From Pocillopora damicornis (Eukaryota): a stretch of DNA of 64,000 nt. The notes below the pieces were generated by a model, which searched no databases, had not been told where the DNA came from, and worked only from the letters and a program-made list of their open reading frames with translations. Each line of letters opens with the position of its first letter. The first letter of the stretch is position 1. The position numbers and the translations under genes were made by a program. This document shows positions 39,299-52,200 of the stretch, piece by piece. Where the stretch lies: positions 434,001-498,000 of the forward strand of contig NW_020847100.1 of the NCBI RefSeq assembly GCF_003704095.1. Direction: 5' to 3'.

Positions 39299-42013
39299 AC
39301 ATGAAAGCAAAGCTTTGTATGCCAAAGAGCTATATCTAACTGCAGACAGTACAGTATATATAAAAAAATATCTTTCTGTTATTTAATTTGGTGACCTCTA
39401 TTGTAACTGCAGATAATTTCCATGATCTAAGCCACTCTAATTACTGAAACACGAAATTTATCTAACATGTTTCTCACGTTGCGATAGTTTGATTAAAAGG
39501 AAGACAAGCTAGAACAAAAAATATCATAATTAAAACTTGATGACAAAGAGAGGCTTAGGATTCAACAATAAAGACATGCAAAAAATTTGAGATAATACAT
39601 GGTTTTACATCTCAGACCATGTTTGAAATGTCAATCCGTAATAAGTTATCTGGATTGGGCGGGGTGTGCGTGGGAATAGGCTCTCTTATCTGTATCATTA
39701 ACTTGCTAATCGCTCCTGTTGCAAATGTTTTGATGAGGTTGGGCTATCAGGACAAAGGAATTGAGGATTTTTATAGGCGGTGACTTTTTTCAAACCTGGA
39801 AACTATCATCGTGAAAAGCCAAACTTGTGCCTGGTAACTTATTCTTATTCAGATAAACTAGTTTTAAGGATACAATGTTTTATTAAATAACGGATGTATA
39901 GGCTGTGCATAAAACTTTAATTTGACTATACTTTTATAGCCAATTTCAAACCTAACACACAATAAATTGTTAGTAGGATCAGAGGAAAATTGATGTGCGA
40001 TACATCTGCAGGAATTCAGGTAATTATTTTAGTTACATGAAGATTAACTGATACTAGGAGACCTAAGAATATTCAGAAGAATATAAAATTTGGTTGAAAA
40101 ATCAGAATTCGGCACAGGCCGTATAAATAAGATTCTCAGAAAAGTAAATCTGCATTAATGAAAAAGCCAAATAAACTTTTTTAACACCTGCCAGTATTTG
40201 TATCGCACGTAGTAGAGTCATTTGACATATTGGTAATCCTGGTTTTAATTTTGAAAACCCACGCGCATGCAGATTTACTACAAACCTGTAGTTCAAGCCT
40301 GCAGTGACTACATATTTTTGATGCACACCTCAAAAGGAGAACAAATAAATTTCAAGTTTCTATTTATTCAGTTTTGGTGAATTTGAGTCAAACATTCATA
40401 CGACGACAGATTCAAGAAATTTTCACAGCTAATTTACAGGGTTAGCCTACCTGGAACAATAACTTTCACGTACAAATGAAATCCCTGTTTTGCAAGAAAA
40501 AAATAATCAAGAGTTGGTAGTTATCAACAACCCAGGGTCTGCCTTTAATTTAAAACTTAAGAGAGTGCTTAAATATAGAAATTTGCTCATGCGCAAAGGA
40601 ACAATCTGTAATAAGAGAGCAGGCTCTCCTTGCTTCATTTAAAAAATACCGAGGTTATCATCTTTCCACAAGGTCAGTGGACAATAATGAGAGTGAATGA
40701 GACTGATAGTGTCTATGTTATTTGAGCAAATATCCAGAGGAGGTTTAAAAGTAAGATATGGTCTGCATAACTCTCCTATTTTAAGTTAATTATGAACTTA
40801 TAAAGCTAAGACATTTATATTCTTGCTTTGTGCATTATGTGGTCATATGCCTTGTGACGAATTCCTCCCATCAAAGTTATTTTTGGTATAAGCAATGGCA
40901 AGAAACACCATGCACTGTTACTATTTGAGCAATTTAATGCAATCTAAATAATAATATTAAATGTTACAATGTGGTTACTTACACAGCCAAATTATATAAT
41001 AACACAATTTCGAACGAAGGAAGTCAGGTTATTGACTCACCTGCTTCAACTTTTGAGTGCTTAAGGTGCAGACAAATAGATACGGTTAACAATTACACTT
41101 AATACAAAGCTGAAAGTTGAAAACCTAAAAGACACACATCACAATCATCAAACCCTATGCATCCTAGCGAAAATAGGGTTGTTAAGCGAAGAGGATGTGG
41201 CTCCATGCTTTGTGAGACAAATCATTTCCTGAAGCTCGAACGAATCGAGTAGAAAGCATTAAAATATGGCGCTGAAAAGTACCATGACCAAAAAATGAAA
41301 TTCACTCCTCCCACAGTAGGGCTAATACAATTTTATCCGTCAGATATTTTGCACCACACACTTGAGGTCAGTAATTTAATTCTCAGATTTTTGACGGGTT
41401 CTCACATGAAAAATTGACAAACACAAACAACCGTGCTATAATTAATTTAAAGATGAACATCGCTGACTCAATCTAATTTTCCTTCAATTTTAGGAAAGGC
41501 CATTACTTCGGTCTTAGGGTAAAACACACATCTTCGCTCCGCTGGTATCGTTGCTTTGCGAGTTGATCATAGATTGCAGAATACTGAGAATTACTGTTAA
41601 ACTACAACCTCACTGGTTTGATTTCTTGCTCAAAATATGGGTTACAAATTATTTTCTTAAGCGGCTTACATCTATCACCTACGCGAGGCCTCCGTGTTAT
41701 ACCTAGCTGTGTGGTACGCTGCAATAAAGTTTAGCGTTCGAGTATGCTTACTTTATTATCCTTTGCCGGTGTCTCCTGGCGCACGCTAATTGGGTATCCA
41801 AGTTACTCACACAATCGCGCCTGCGCATTACCTTCTCCTTCACTCTTCCATTACGTAATGGCTAATGCCGTTCTCCGCGCATATGAAAAGTAGCAAATTG
41901 TTCAGTCGGTCGTTCGGTCGTCATAAGTCCAAATTTTTCGGCCTGATGGGTTACTAATCCTACTATTTCCGATAATTATAGGGCTACGCTGCGCGCACTG
42001 TGAGCTCAGCTAT
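39299..42013. mobile_element. Intronic insertion over 2.7 kb; non-autonomous, possibly Helentron/HINE-like
   Basis: Ends ...gggctacgctgcgcgcactgtgagctcagctat just upstream of exon 42127. Absent from the equivalent copy-1 intron (33758-34068). The other end is probably at 54043. Confidence 0.55.
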
Positions 42014-42126
42014 TACGACAAACATTATTAAACAAATAACACTTGCAAAGGCTTAGTCAAGGCTTAGCTAATTCCTCAGACATCACATTTAGTGGAAAAT
42101 TTCATTAGGTTTTTTTTTTACTACAG

Positions 42127-42971
42127 GAGAGTGTGAAAAAAGCTGATGAAAAATTGGACGCTATGAATAATGCATTTTTCACCCGTCTTGTTCCCTCTGA
42201 AAATCTTGTCTTGAAAACTCCTGGCTTGACATCGACCCTTAAGAAGGTATCTGCTGACGGTATAAAGGGTCTTAACATGGAAGATGGACCAACAAAATTT
42301 AAACTACCAGGAAACCTAGGGAATATGGTTGATGGAAACATTAATGCAAAGGTAAGGATTTTTAAAGTGTAGATAAACAACAAACCTCGCATTTCCAAAT
42401 TGGATGTCATTTGAAAATATCTGTCAACGCTTTTAGCGTTGCATCAAAAGTTTGAACCTTTTGTTTAAAATTACTCTCCATACGCCACTCATTGCTCAGA
42501 AATTGTATTCGATCCAATAGCTTTGATAACTAAGTGTTTTGTAACACTATTTGAAGTTTCTCAGTTACAATGAATAGCTTACACATTCTCTACTGCAGTA
42601 CTGTGAAAACGTCATGCACATAAACTCTGAAATGTTTCCCAAATACACTACATTGTCAAATAATACGTGGTATATATATATTGAAGCAGGTTAAGGTTCT
42701 CTTTTGATAAATTTCGTTTAATATTTTTGCCTTAAATCAGCAGGATATTGATTCTTAAAGTGTGAAAATACTGGTTTAATCAACTGAACTGGTAACCTCG
42801 GGGAGTTTCTAAAGCGGAGAGTTTCTAAAGCTGATTTTTCGAGGGTCAGCCCTCCGTCAGAGCAAATAGTCTTGCTAGTAAATTACGCCTTTTACTTGAA
42901 AGAGTATAACTTCCGTGTTTTTGCAGATGAAAAGTGCTGACTTTAATCCGTTCTCTTGGGACAATAGCAGC
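42127..42971 (+). CDS. Polycystin-1-like GAIN-region exons, second version
   Basis: 42127-42351 (ESVKKADEKLDAMNN...) and 42927-42971 ([15 protein letters not shown]), homologous to 34069-34293 and 34811 onward. Confidence 0.85.
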
Positions 42972-43071
42972 NNNNNNNNNNNNNNNNNNNNNNNNNNNNN
43001 NNNNNNNNNNNNNNNNNNNNNNNNNNNNNNNNNNNNNNNNNNNNNNNNNNNNNNNNNNNNNNNNNNNNNNN

Positions 43072-43907
43072 GCTGCTATTGTCCCAAGAGAACGGATTAA
43101 AGTCAGCACTTTTCATCTGCAAAAATACGGAGGTTATCCTCTTTCAACTGAAAGGCGTAATTTACTAACGAGACTATTCGCTCTGACGGAGGGCTGACCC
43201 TCGAAAAATCAGCTTTAGAAACTCTCCGAGGTTACCATTTCAGTTGATTAAATCACTATTTTCACACTCTAAGAATCAATATCCTGCTGATTTGAGGCAA
43301 AAATATTAAACGAAATTTATCAAAAAAGAAACTTAACCTGCTTCGATATATCTATCACGTATTATTTGACAATGTAGTGTATTTGGGAAACATTTTGGAG
43401 TTTAGGTGCATGACGTTTTCACAATTCTGCAGTAGATAATGTGTAAGCTATTAATTGTAACTGAGAAACACCAAATAGTGTTACAAGACACTTAGTGATC
43501 AAAGCTATTGGATCAAATACAATTTCTGAGCAATGAGTGNNNNNNNNNNAGTAATTTTAAACAAAAGGTTCAAGCTTTTGATGCAACGCTAAAAGCGTTG
43601 ACGGACATTTTCAAATGACATCCAATTTGGAAATGCGAGGTTTCTTGTTTATCTACACTCTAAAACTCCTTACCTTTGCATTAATGTTTCCATCAACCAT
43701 ATTCCCAAGGTTTCCTGGTAGCTTAAATTTTGTTGGTCCATCTTCCATGTTAAGACCCTTTATACCGTCAGCAGATNNNNNNNNNNNNNNNNNNNNNNNN
43801 NNNNNNNNNNNNNNNNNNNNNNNNNNNNNNNNNTCAGAGGGAACAAGACGGGTGAAAAATGCATTATTCATAGCGTCCAATTTTTCAGCAGCTTTTTTCA
43901 CATTCTC
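43072..43907 (-). CDS. Polycystin-1-like GAIN-region exons, third version, inverted
   Basis: 43674-43907 and 43072-43116; a diverged reverse-complement of 42127-42971. Confidence 0.8.
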
Positions 43908-44020
43908 CTGTAGTAAAAAAAAAAATCTACTGAAATTTTCCACTAAATGTGATGTCTGAGGAATGAGCTAAGCCTTGACTAAGCCTTTGCAAGTGTTATT
44001 GTTTAATACTGTCTATCGTA

Positions 44021-46010
44021 ATAGCGGAGCTCGCAGTGCGCGCAGCGTAGCCTTATAATTATAGGAAATAGTAGGATTAGTAACCCATCAAGCCGAAAAA
44101 TTTGGACATATGACGACCGAACGACCGACTGAACAATTCGCTACTTTTCATAAAGAACGGCATTGTGGGCATTATCTTATCCATTACGTAATGGAAGAGT
44201 GAAGGAGAAGGTAATGCGGAGGCGCGATTGTGTGAGTAACTTGGATACCCCATTAGCGTGCGCCAGGAGACGCCGTCAAAGGACAATAAAGTAAGCATAG
44301 TCGAACGCTAAACTTTATTGCAGCGTACCGCACAGCTAGGAATAAAACGGAAGCCTCACGTAGGTAATATATGTAAGCCGCGTAAGAAAATAATTTGTAA
44401 CCCACGTTCTGAGCAGGAATTCAAACTAGTGAGGTTGTAGTTTAACAGTAATTCTCAGTATTCTGCAATTTATGATCAACTCTCAAAGCAACAATACCGG
44501 CGGCGCGAAGATGTGTGTTTTACCCTAAGACCGAAGTAATGGCCTCTCCTAAAATTAAAGTAAAATGAGATTGACTCAGCGATGTTCATCTTTAAATTGA
44601 TTATAGCACGGTCATTTGAGTTTGTCAATTTGTCATGTGAGAACCCGTCAAAAATCTGAGAATTAAATTACTGATCGCAAGTGTGTAGTGCAAAACATCT
44701 CACGGATAAAATTGTATTAGCCCTACTGCGGGAGGAGTGAATTTCATTTTTTGGTCATGGCACTTTTCAGCGCCATGTTTTCATGTTTTCTATTCGATTC
44801 GTTCGAGCTTCAGGAAATGACTTGTCTCACAAAACATGGAGTCACTTCCTATTCGTTCAACAACCCTATTTTTGCAGGGATGCACAGGGTTTGAAGATTG
44901 TGATGTATCTTTTAGCTTTTCAACTTTCAGCTTTGTATTAACCGTAATTGTTTACCGCATCAATTTCTCTGCACCTTAAGCACCCAAAAGTTGAAGCAGG
45001 TGAGTCAATAACCTGACTTCCTTTGTTTGGAATTGTGTTAAACTAGCTGTGAAAATTTCTTGAATCTGTCGTCGTATGAATGTTTGACTCAATTCCACCA
45101 AAACTGAATAAAAAGAAACTTAAAATTTATTTGTTCTCCTTTCGAGGTGTGCACCAAAATCATGTAGTCATTGCAGGCTTAAACTACAGGTTTGTAGTAA
45201 ATCTGCATGCGCGTGTGTTTTCAAAATTAAAACCAGGATTACCAATATGTCAAATGACTCTACTACGTGCAATACAAATACAGGCAGGAGTTTAAAAAGT
45301 TTATTTGGCTTTTTCATTAGTACACATTTCCTTTTCTGAGAATCTTATTTATCCGGCCTGTGCCGAATTCTGATTTTTCAACCAAATTTTATATTCTTCA
45401 GAATATTCTTAGATCTTCTAGTATCAGTTAATATTCATGCATTAAAATAATTACCTGAATTCTTGCAGATGTATCGCACATCAATTTTCCTCTGATCCTA
45501 CTAACAATTTATTGTGTNNNNNNNNNNNNNNNNNNNNNNNNNNNNNNNNNNNNNNNNNNNNNNNNNNNNNNNNNNNNNNNNNNNNNNNNNNNNNNNNNNN
45601 NNNNNNNNNNNNNNNNNNNNNNNNNNNNNNNNNNNNNNNNNNNNNNNNNNNNNNNNNNNNNNNNNNNNNNNNNNNNNNNNNNNNNNNNNNNNNNNNNNNN
45701 NNNNNNNNNNNNNNNNNNNNNNNNNNNNNNNNNNNNNNNNNNNNNNNNNNNNNNNNNNNNNNNNNNNNNNNNNNNNNNNNNNNNNNNNNNNNNNNNNNNN
45801 NNNNNNNNNNNNNNNNNNNNNNNNNNNNNNNNNNNNNNNNNNNNNNNNNNNNNNNNNNNNNNNNNNNNNNNNNNNNNNNNNNNNNNNNNNNNNNNNNNNN
45901 NNNNNNNNNNNNNNNNNNNNNNNTCTTTGTCATCAAGTTTTAATTATGATATTTTTTGTTCTAGCTTGTCTTCCTTTAATTCAAACCATCGCAACGCGAG
46001 AAACATGTTA
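44021..46010. mobile_element. Inverted second copy of the intronic insertion
   Basis: Starts atagcggagctcgcagtgcgcgcagcgtagcc. Reverse-complement homologue of about 39460-42013, lacking the segment at about 40433-40999. Confidence 0.55.
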
Positions 46011-46346
46011 GATAAATCATATCAAACTCATGGGGTACAAATAGTCTTAANNNNNNNNNNGTGACCACGCCCACTTCAACACCCCACTCAAATCGAATGT
46101 AATTTTCGAACGTTTTACCATCGTGCGGATTCTCTACGGAAAAAGAACTCAATTTACCTCTGAAATATTAAACTATAATATTGTGGCTTTCTATTTCGCT
46201 NNNNNNNNNNNNNNNNNNNNNNNNNNNNNNNNNNNNNNNNNNNNNNNNNNNNNNNNNNNNNNNNNNNNNNNNNNNNNNNNNNNNNNNNNNNNNNNNNNNN
46301 TGTTATAGTTTGTGTACACGAACTGATTACGTTTCCCTGGCGGCAG

Positions 46347-49300
46347 ATGTTGATGAATGCACAGATGCCTCGCATAACTGTCATGCCAAAGCAGATTGTT
46401 CCAACACTTATGGCAGGTTCAACTGCACCTGTTTTGAAGGATATTCAGGAGATGGTGTTACATGTATTGGTATGATAGTTGTTATAAATACTTAATCTAC
46501 AACCATGCAACCATACACAGTGTTCCTTAATATTTTTGATCGAGATGTCTCGACATTGAAAGTCTTTGTGGCTTTGCCGATACAGTTAATGCCCACAATT
46601 ACTAAATGATCACCAAAAAAAGCAGGATAGCCAGCCGTATAAAAGAAACACTTATGGCAGGTTCAACTGCACCTGTTTTGAAGGATATTCAGGAGATGGC
46701 GTTACATGTATTGGTATGATAGTCATTATAAATACTTAATCTACAACCATGCAACCATATACAGTGTTTCTTAATATTTTTGATCGAGATGTCTCGACAT
46801 TGAAATTATTTGTGGCTTTGTCGATGCAGTTCATGCCCATAATTACTAAATAATCACCAAAAAAAGCAGGATAGCCAGCCGTATAAAAGAAAAAATAAAC
46901 AAACAAACAAAAAATGAAGAGCACAAAAATACAAACAGGAAAAATAAATTTTTTTTTTACCGTTTACATCGGCATAATTTCCAAGGAGGTTTTTACCACC
47001 CCTTGAGTTTTCCAGGACAACCATTAACCTTACCCATGATACTGTATGGTATGTGGTCACGATTTAGAACTTTGAACTAAAAAAATACAATCCCACAGAC
47101 ATTGATGAGTGTACCACAGCAACGCACAACTGCCATGGTGTAGCTCACTGTTACAATAATAATGGATCATTCACCTGCGAGTGTAGGACTGATTACCGAG
47201 GAGACGGTATTTCTTGTGAGCCCTTAGGTAAGTGAGATAATTCTTCGTTTGACCATCATAAACTAGAACCGATAGTAACCCTATATAAACGCCTATGAAA
47301 AGAAAAAACCTTCGAGGCATACAGGTTATCTCGCTTTAGTGTGATTGACTCATAAAAATGCGTTTAACCAGTTCATTGCATCTCGATCAACAGGAGATTT
47401 CCCAGTAACGATTAGGGATATATCCAAGGACAAATATTTGGCAACGACTGTCAAGCGGTCTGAAAAAAGTATCCATCAGGCAATCATCGAAGATCTTCCA
47501 GATAAACCTGTGTTGGAAAGTGTCATGGAATGGCGTTTAATCAGTGAACAGGAGCTGGCAGCTTCTGAATCACCAGTGGGAACTTTAGTTAGTCAAGGAA
47601 CTGCACAGTGGAACATAAATAGGCGATCCGTACCTTCTGGAAACTATCTAGTAACATTTACTGTGTCTATTAGAGTCGGTGATCCAGCATCCTCAGAAAC
47701 TCTCAAGGCTTTTGATTACGGCTTTATCAAAGTTATTGCAGCTCCTTTGCGAGCCATAATCGATGGAGGAAGTAGCGTTCTTTGGGGTTCTAGAGACGCT
47801 GTTACAGTGGATGGATCCCTTAGCTATGATGGAGATGTTGGTCCTGGAAACTCTAGCGGGCTGAAATTTACCTGGTCCTGTTATCGTCTTGGAGATAATA
47901 CTTCCGTCAGCAATAACTGCTTTGGTTCTTTCAAGGAAGACGTAACTCTAACATCCATAGAAATTATCCCTCGTGGGCTTAAAATAAGACACCCATACGT
48001 TCTCAGACTAACAGTGTCCAGAGATGATCGAAGTCATTTCGCCGAAATTATTTTTGAGATAGCAGCTGGTGAGATACCTCAAGTTAGCTTAAGGTATTTT
48101 AAAATTATTGTTTTATTCTATTCTTCCTCTCTTTCAGTCGTCTTCTATACACAGTCGTTCCGTTTTGTTAAACCCTTAAGAGTACATTACAAATTGCTGA
48201 TTACAGTGGCTTTGTTCTACCTTCAACCAATCACACGCAAAGCTGAGGCCTATGTTGACTTGGCCTTATGCAATTTTGTAGATCATTGTTGTTGCTACTA
48301 TTGTTTTCTCCTCAGATCGATGCAAAATGAATTATAACAATCAATCTACTTTAATTCTCCTATTTTCATGCAGGTGTTTCGTAGACTGTGNNNNNNNNNN
48401 NNNNNNNNNNNNNNNNNNNNNNNNNNNNNNNNNNNNNNNNNNNNNNNNNNNNNNNNNNNNNNNNNNNNNNNNNNNNNNNNNNNNNNNNNNCAATCAATCT
48501 ACTTTAATTCTCCTATTTTCATGCAGGTGTTTCGTAGACTGTGGTAAAGTAGTGTCTGCTTCGAACAAGTTTCGAGTGACATCAGAGTGTCTCAATTCTC
48601 CCTGTATTGGTTCTGAGTATATATGGCAATTAATGAGGTTGAATGATGATTCAAAACAACTGGAGCGCATAGCTATCTTACCCAATATGACATCAACTGC
48701 AATAAATGCAACCAACATGATTATCAAAAAGAAATCCTTGCAGTCAAGCTCGAAATACGCCCTGAACCTGACTGTAATACCCCCCGGTGGGACAGCAGGA
48801 TTTGCAGTGCTGGAGTTTGAGACAGCTGGACAGCCCCACAGTGGCTATTGCGTGCCATCAGCCGTTGTAGGTTTCTCTTTGGAAACAAAATTTCATTTGA
48901 ATGCTTTGAATGGAAAGATAAAAATAAACCACTATCTTACGAATTTCGCGTCGGAGACGAGCCAATATCCTATGGCACCTCTGCAAAATCTGTTTCAACA
49001 GTCTTACCCTCTGGATCACCGGAAAACGATTATCAGCTGTCCATCAACGTTATCATTAAGAATGCTGTTGGTGTGGCTGTTGTAAAGAAGCTCTCTGTAA
49101 AGGTAATAATAAAACTGTACGCCTCAGAAGAGGGTTTCTCTGAAAGGACCGTCAAATGTACAATAGGTACAGGTACAATAAAGTTGATGAACCACGAGTA
49201 CTGGGAAAAGCACAGACGTAGGCGGATAAAAAGGGTGGAAGAAGGAAAAGACGAATCAACGCAAAACAATAAAAAAAGTAGTTTTGTTGATTTAGTGACT

Positions 49301-50059
49301 TTAGTGACCACAATTCGTTTTAAGTATAGGTGAATCTCAGCAAGCTGAGATTGCTGAACCAGTCGAAAGGCGCAAGATATTTTTGTAAAAAGAAAACTTT
49401 ATTCCGCCATGTATTAAAGCCTTCTACACTTGTCCTGTTTTCCAAAAGGTGGTGCCATCGACCCAACTCGATCCTTGCCGTTCACAGATAGAAGAAGTTT
49501 CTAGCAAGTTGAAAGGGTTTGTCATTGGGGATGACAGCGACTTGGATAAGTTTCTGAAGAAGGGTGAAATTAGTCAAGCCTCCCAACTTGCTATTACTGT
49601 CCTCCAATCAGCTAACGAGGAAACAAAGTGTGGGCAAACGCTAGGCCAAGATACCAAAACACTAGTGGGTCTACTTACCGTGTGTAATATTTTTTTCAAA
49701 TTAGCTGTGGAGAGCTGTGTATTTGTTTGTTTCTATGCTTTTTTTCCCGATAATCTGCTTGTTTTTTTAATGTCATCCACAAGTAAGCATCTCATACACT
49801 TATATACAAATTAGCTGTTGTATAGTTGATATTAATCTGAAGTATCAATTTCAAAATTTAGTTATCCCTTGTAAGCGTTTTTAACTCCTCAAAACTTTAG
49901 ATACTTAATTTTCCGGCGTAGATTTCAAGTACGTTGGTGGAGAAGTTCACTTCCATAAAGCCGGAGGACCTTCAGATGTATCGAACTGTAATGAGTGTAG
50001 TAAAACTAGCAGGTGGTAACCAAGAAGCCTCATCTTGTAATGACTGCGGTAATTCTGCG
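46347..50059 (+). CDS. Polycystin-1-like copy 2: cbEGF x2 - REJ - GAIN start, with a 1-nt frameshift in the second REJ exon as assembled
   Basis: Exons 46347-46469, 47099-47227, 47394-48093, 48527-49102 (576 nt vs 577 in copy 1), 49449-49664 and 49922-50059. Confidence 0.85.
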
Positions 50060-50226
50060 GTAAGAATTTTCACTTTTCCTCTTTTACACATAAACTGCGA
50101 CGTATCAGAAAACACATGAATATTGTNNNNNNNNNNNNNNNNNNNNNNNNNNNNNNNNNNNNNNNNNNNNNNNNNNNNNNNNNNNNNNNNNNNNNNNNNN
50201 NNNNNNNNNNNNNNNNNNNNNNNNNN

Positions 50227-52100
50227 AAGGTGAAACAACATCATGATGAGGTAGAATAGCACCATTGCCAAGAATAAAAACTGGCAAATGAGATAAAACA
50301 TGAGAGCCCCCGACTCTGTGCTGTACAACTCAAGGGTGTCCACTCTCATAACTGTGTAGGCTGCACCAGCTGCAATCATTTCGTAGATAAACGTAGCAAT
50401 GCTAATTAAATTTGTATTGATATTGAACGTCGCAAGCTCCACAATTACTGATCGAGTACTTCGATCAAGCCATCCATGGCCAATGGTTTCATCTAAAACG
50501 CCACGTGCTGTTTNNNNNNNNNNNNNNNNNNNNNNNNNNNNNNNNNNNNNNNNNNNNNNNNNNNNNNNNNNNNNNNNNNNNNNNNNNNNNNNNNNNNNNN
50601 NNNNNNNNNNNNNNNNNNNNNNNNNNNNNNNNNNNNNNNNNNNNNNTGGCCGCCAGCCTGGAAGACTCAACTCTGTTGTGTCCTCTATCTCTGGAGAATA
50701 ATCGTAGTAGCAGTCTCGTATAGTTGCAGGAAGTGACTTACAATGACCTTCAGGACACGAAAAAAAGGAATCAGACGTTTGAAACGAATCGTAATAAAAT
50801 TAATCGTATAAAAATAGTATTATAATTGAGTCAAATGTAATTATCATCAAACGTACTTTTAAGAATTCTTAACTGTCGCATCCAAGGCATGCCAATCAGT
50901 ATGGACATCTTATTGGCGATGTAAACATCATTTGGTTCTTCGAGGCCATTATACCAGTCCTGGTTGTATACGTTTGGTAGAAACTTCTCTGCCAGCCATC
51001 TCGACAGTCTTCGCGAATCAGTCACCTTAACACGGAACACAAAAGTAAGTTCACATAATTAGATTGAGGAACTAAATATTGACTTGTATTGGGTTAAGTT
51101 AAGTTAAGTAAAAGGGAGTGATTTATATGTTATTCAGAAACTTAACATAACCAAACTTCTACACTGCATTTAGTACTGCCGCCTTTACTTCGTTTGGCCT
51201 AATAAAAAGATGAATGAAAATGATAAGAACTGTAGAAGGAGGGAACTAAGATCATCATTAGCAGGCTTCATCAGCCTTATCTGATCGAGTCCCACAAAAA
51301 CCCGTTCCAAATACACTGCGACTACACCATTCCCTACTTCACTACAACACTCTAACTCATTATGAAATAAATCTCATCATGATCATTGTAATCAAGTCTA
51401 TTTGTAACAGAACGATCGAACGTGATTGATTCTCATCATCCCGGTCTGGGTATTAATTAGGACAATGTAAGTGCCATGCTTTTAATTGCACAGTTTTTTT
51501 ACCAGTGTGCGCGCCTTGCCTGTGTAATTAGATAGCACTCGTCATATGTGCACGCCATTGTCGCGCATTTCGTCAGAAAAAAATTGTTTGCTTGTCTGTT
51601 TGTTTGTTCATTTTTTTTTTTGAAAAGCAATCATAGATGCCGTGTTTTTCTCTCAAAGTTAGTCATAGTTTGAATTCTGCTAACAAAATTTTATATCGCC
51701 CAATTCACTCAGTATTAATACTGGTAAGCAATAAATCACTCCTTGATTACAAACCGAATTGGACTCCACTCAGTTCAGTTGCCATTACTAATCATCGTTA
51801 TCGTTATTTCTATCATTATTATCACTATCACTGTTATCGTTAATGTTATCGATTTTCAATTTTAAAAGATATAAAAACAAAGTGGTTCATACCTGATCAA
51901 AGCTTGCGAAAATATTTTTCATCTCTGTTGTCATCAAGAAACGATTCTCATTCTTGTTGCCATAACAGACTACAGACAGCAGAAACACAAATAATAAATG
52001 GAAGACAATTTCCCTCGCTTTACTTGCTAACTGAGCCTCTTTTCTGCTTCGTATGCGCATTTTCTCCATGAGGCTCTGTTTAAAGCGTTGTTTAGGATTA
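50227..52100 (-). CDS. Polycystin-1-like fragments, inverted: TM6/S1, TOP domain and channel start
   Basis: 51893-52100, 50857-51025, 50647-50747 and 50227-50513 (GWLDRSTRSVIVELATFNINTNL). Confidence 0.85.
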
Positions 52101-52200
52101 NNNNNNNNNNNNNNNNNNNNNNNNNNNNNNNNNNNNNNNNNNNNNNNNNNNNNNNNNNNNNNNNNNNNNNNNNNNNNNNNNNNNNNNNNNNNNNNNNNNN

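Noticed and set aside
39460-46010. Apparent 6.5-kb palindrome centred on 42972-43071
   Set aside because: It is centred on a 100-N placeholder gap and the arms differ like haplotypes or paralogues; most likely two contigs scaffolded head-to-head.
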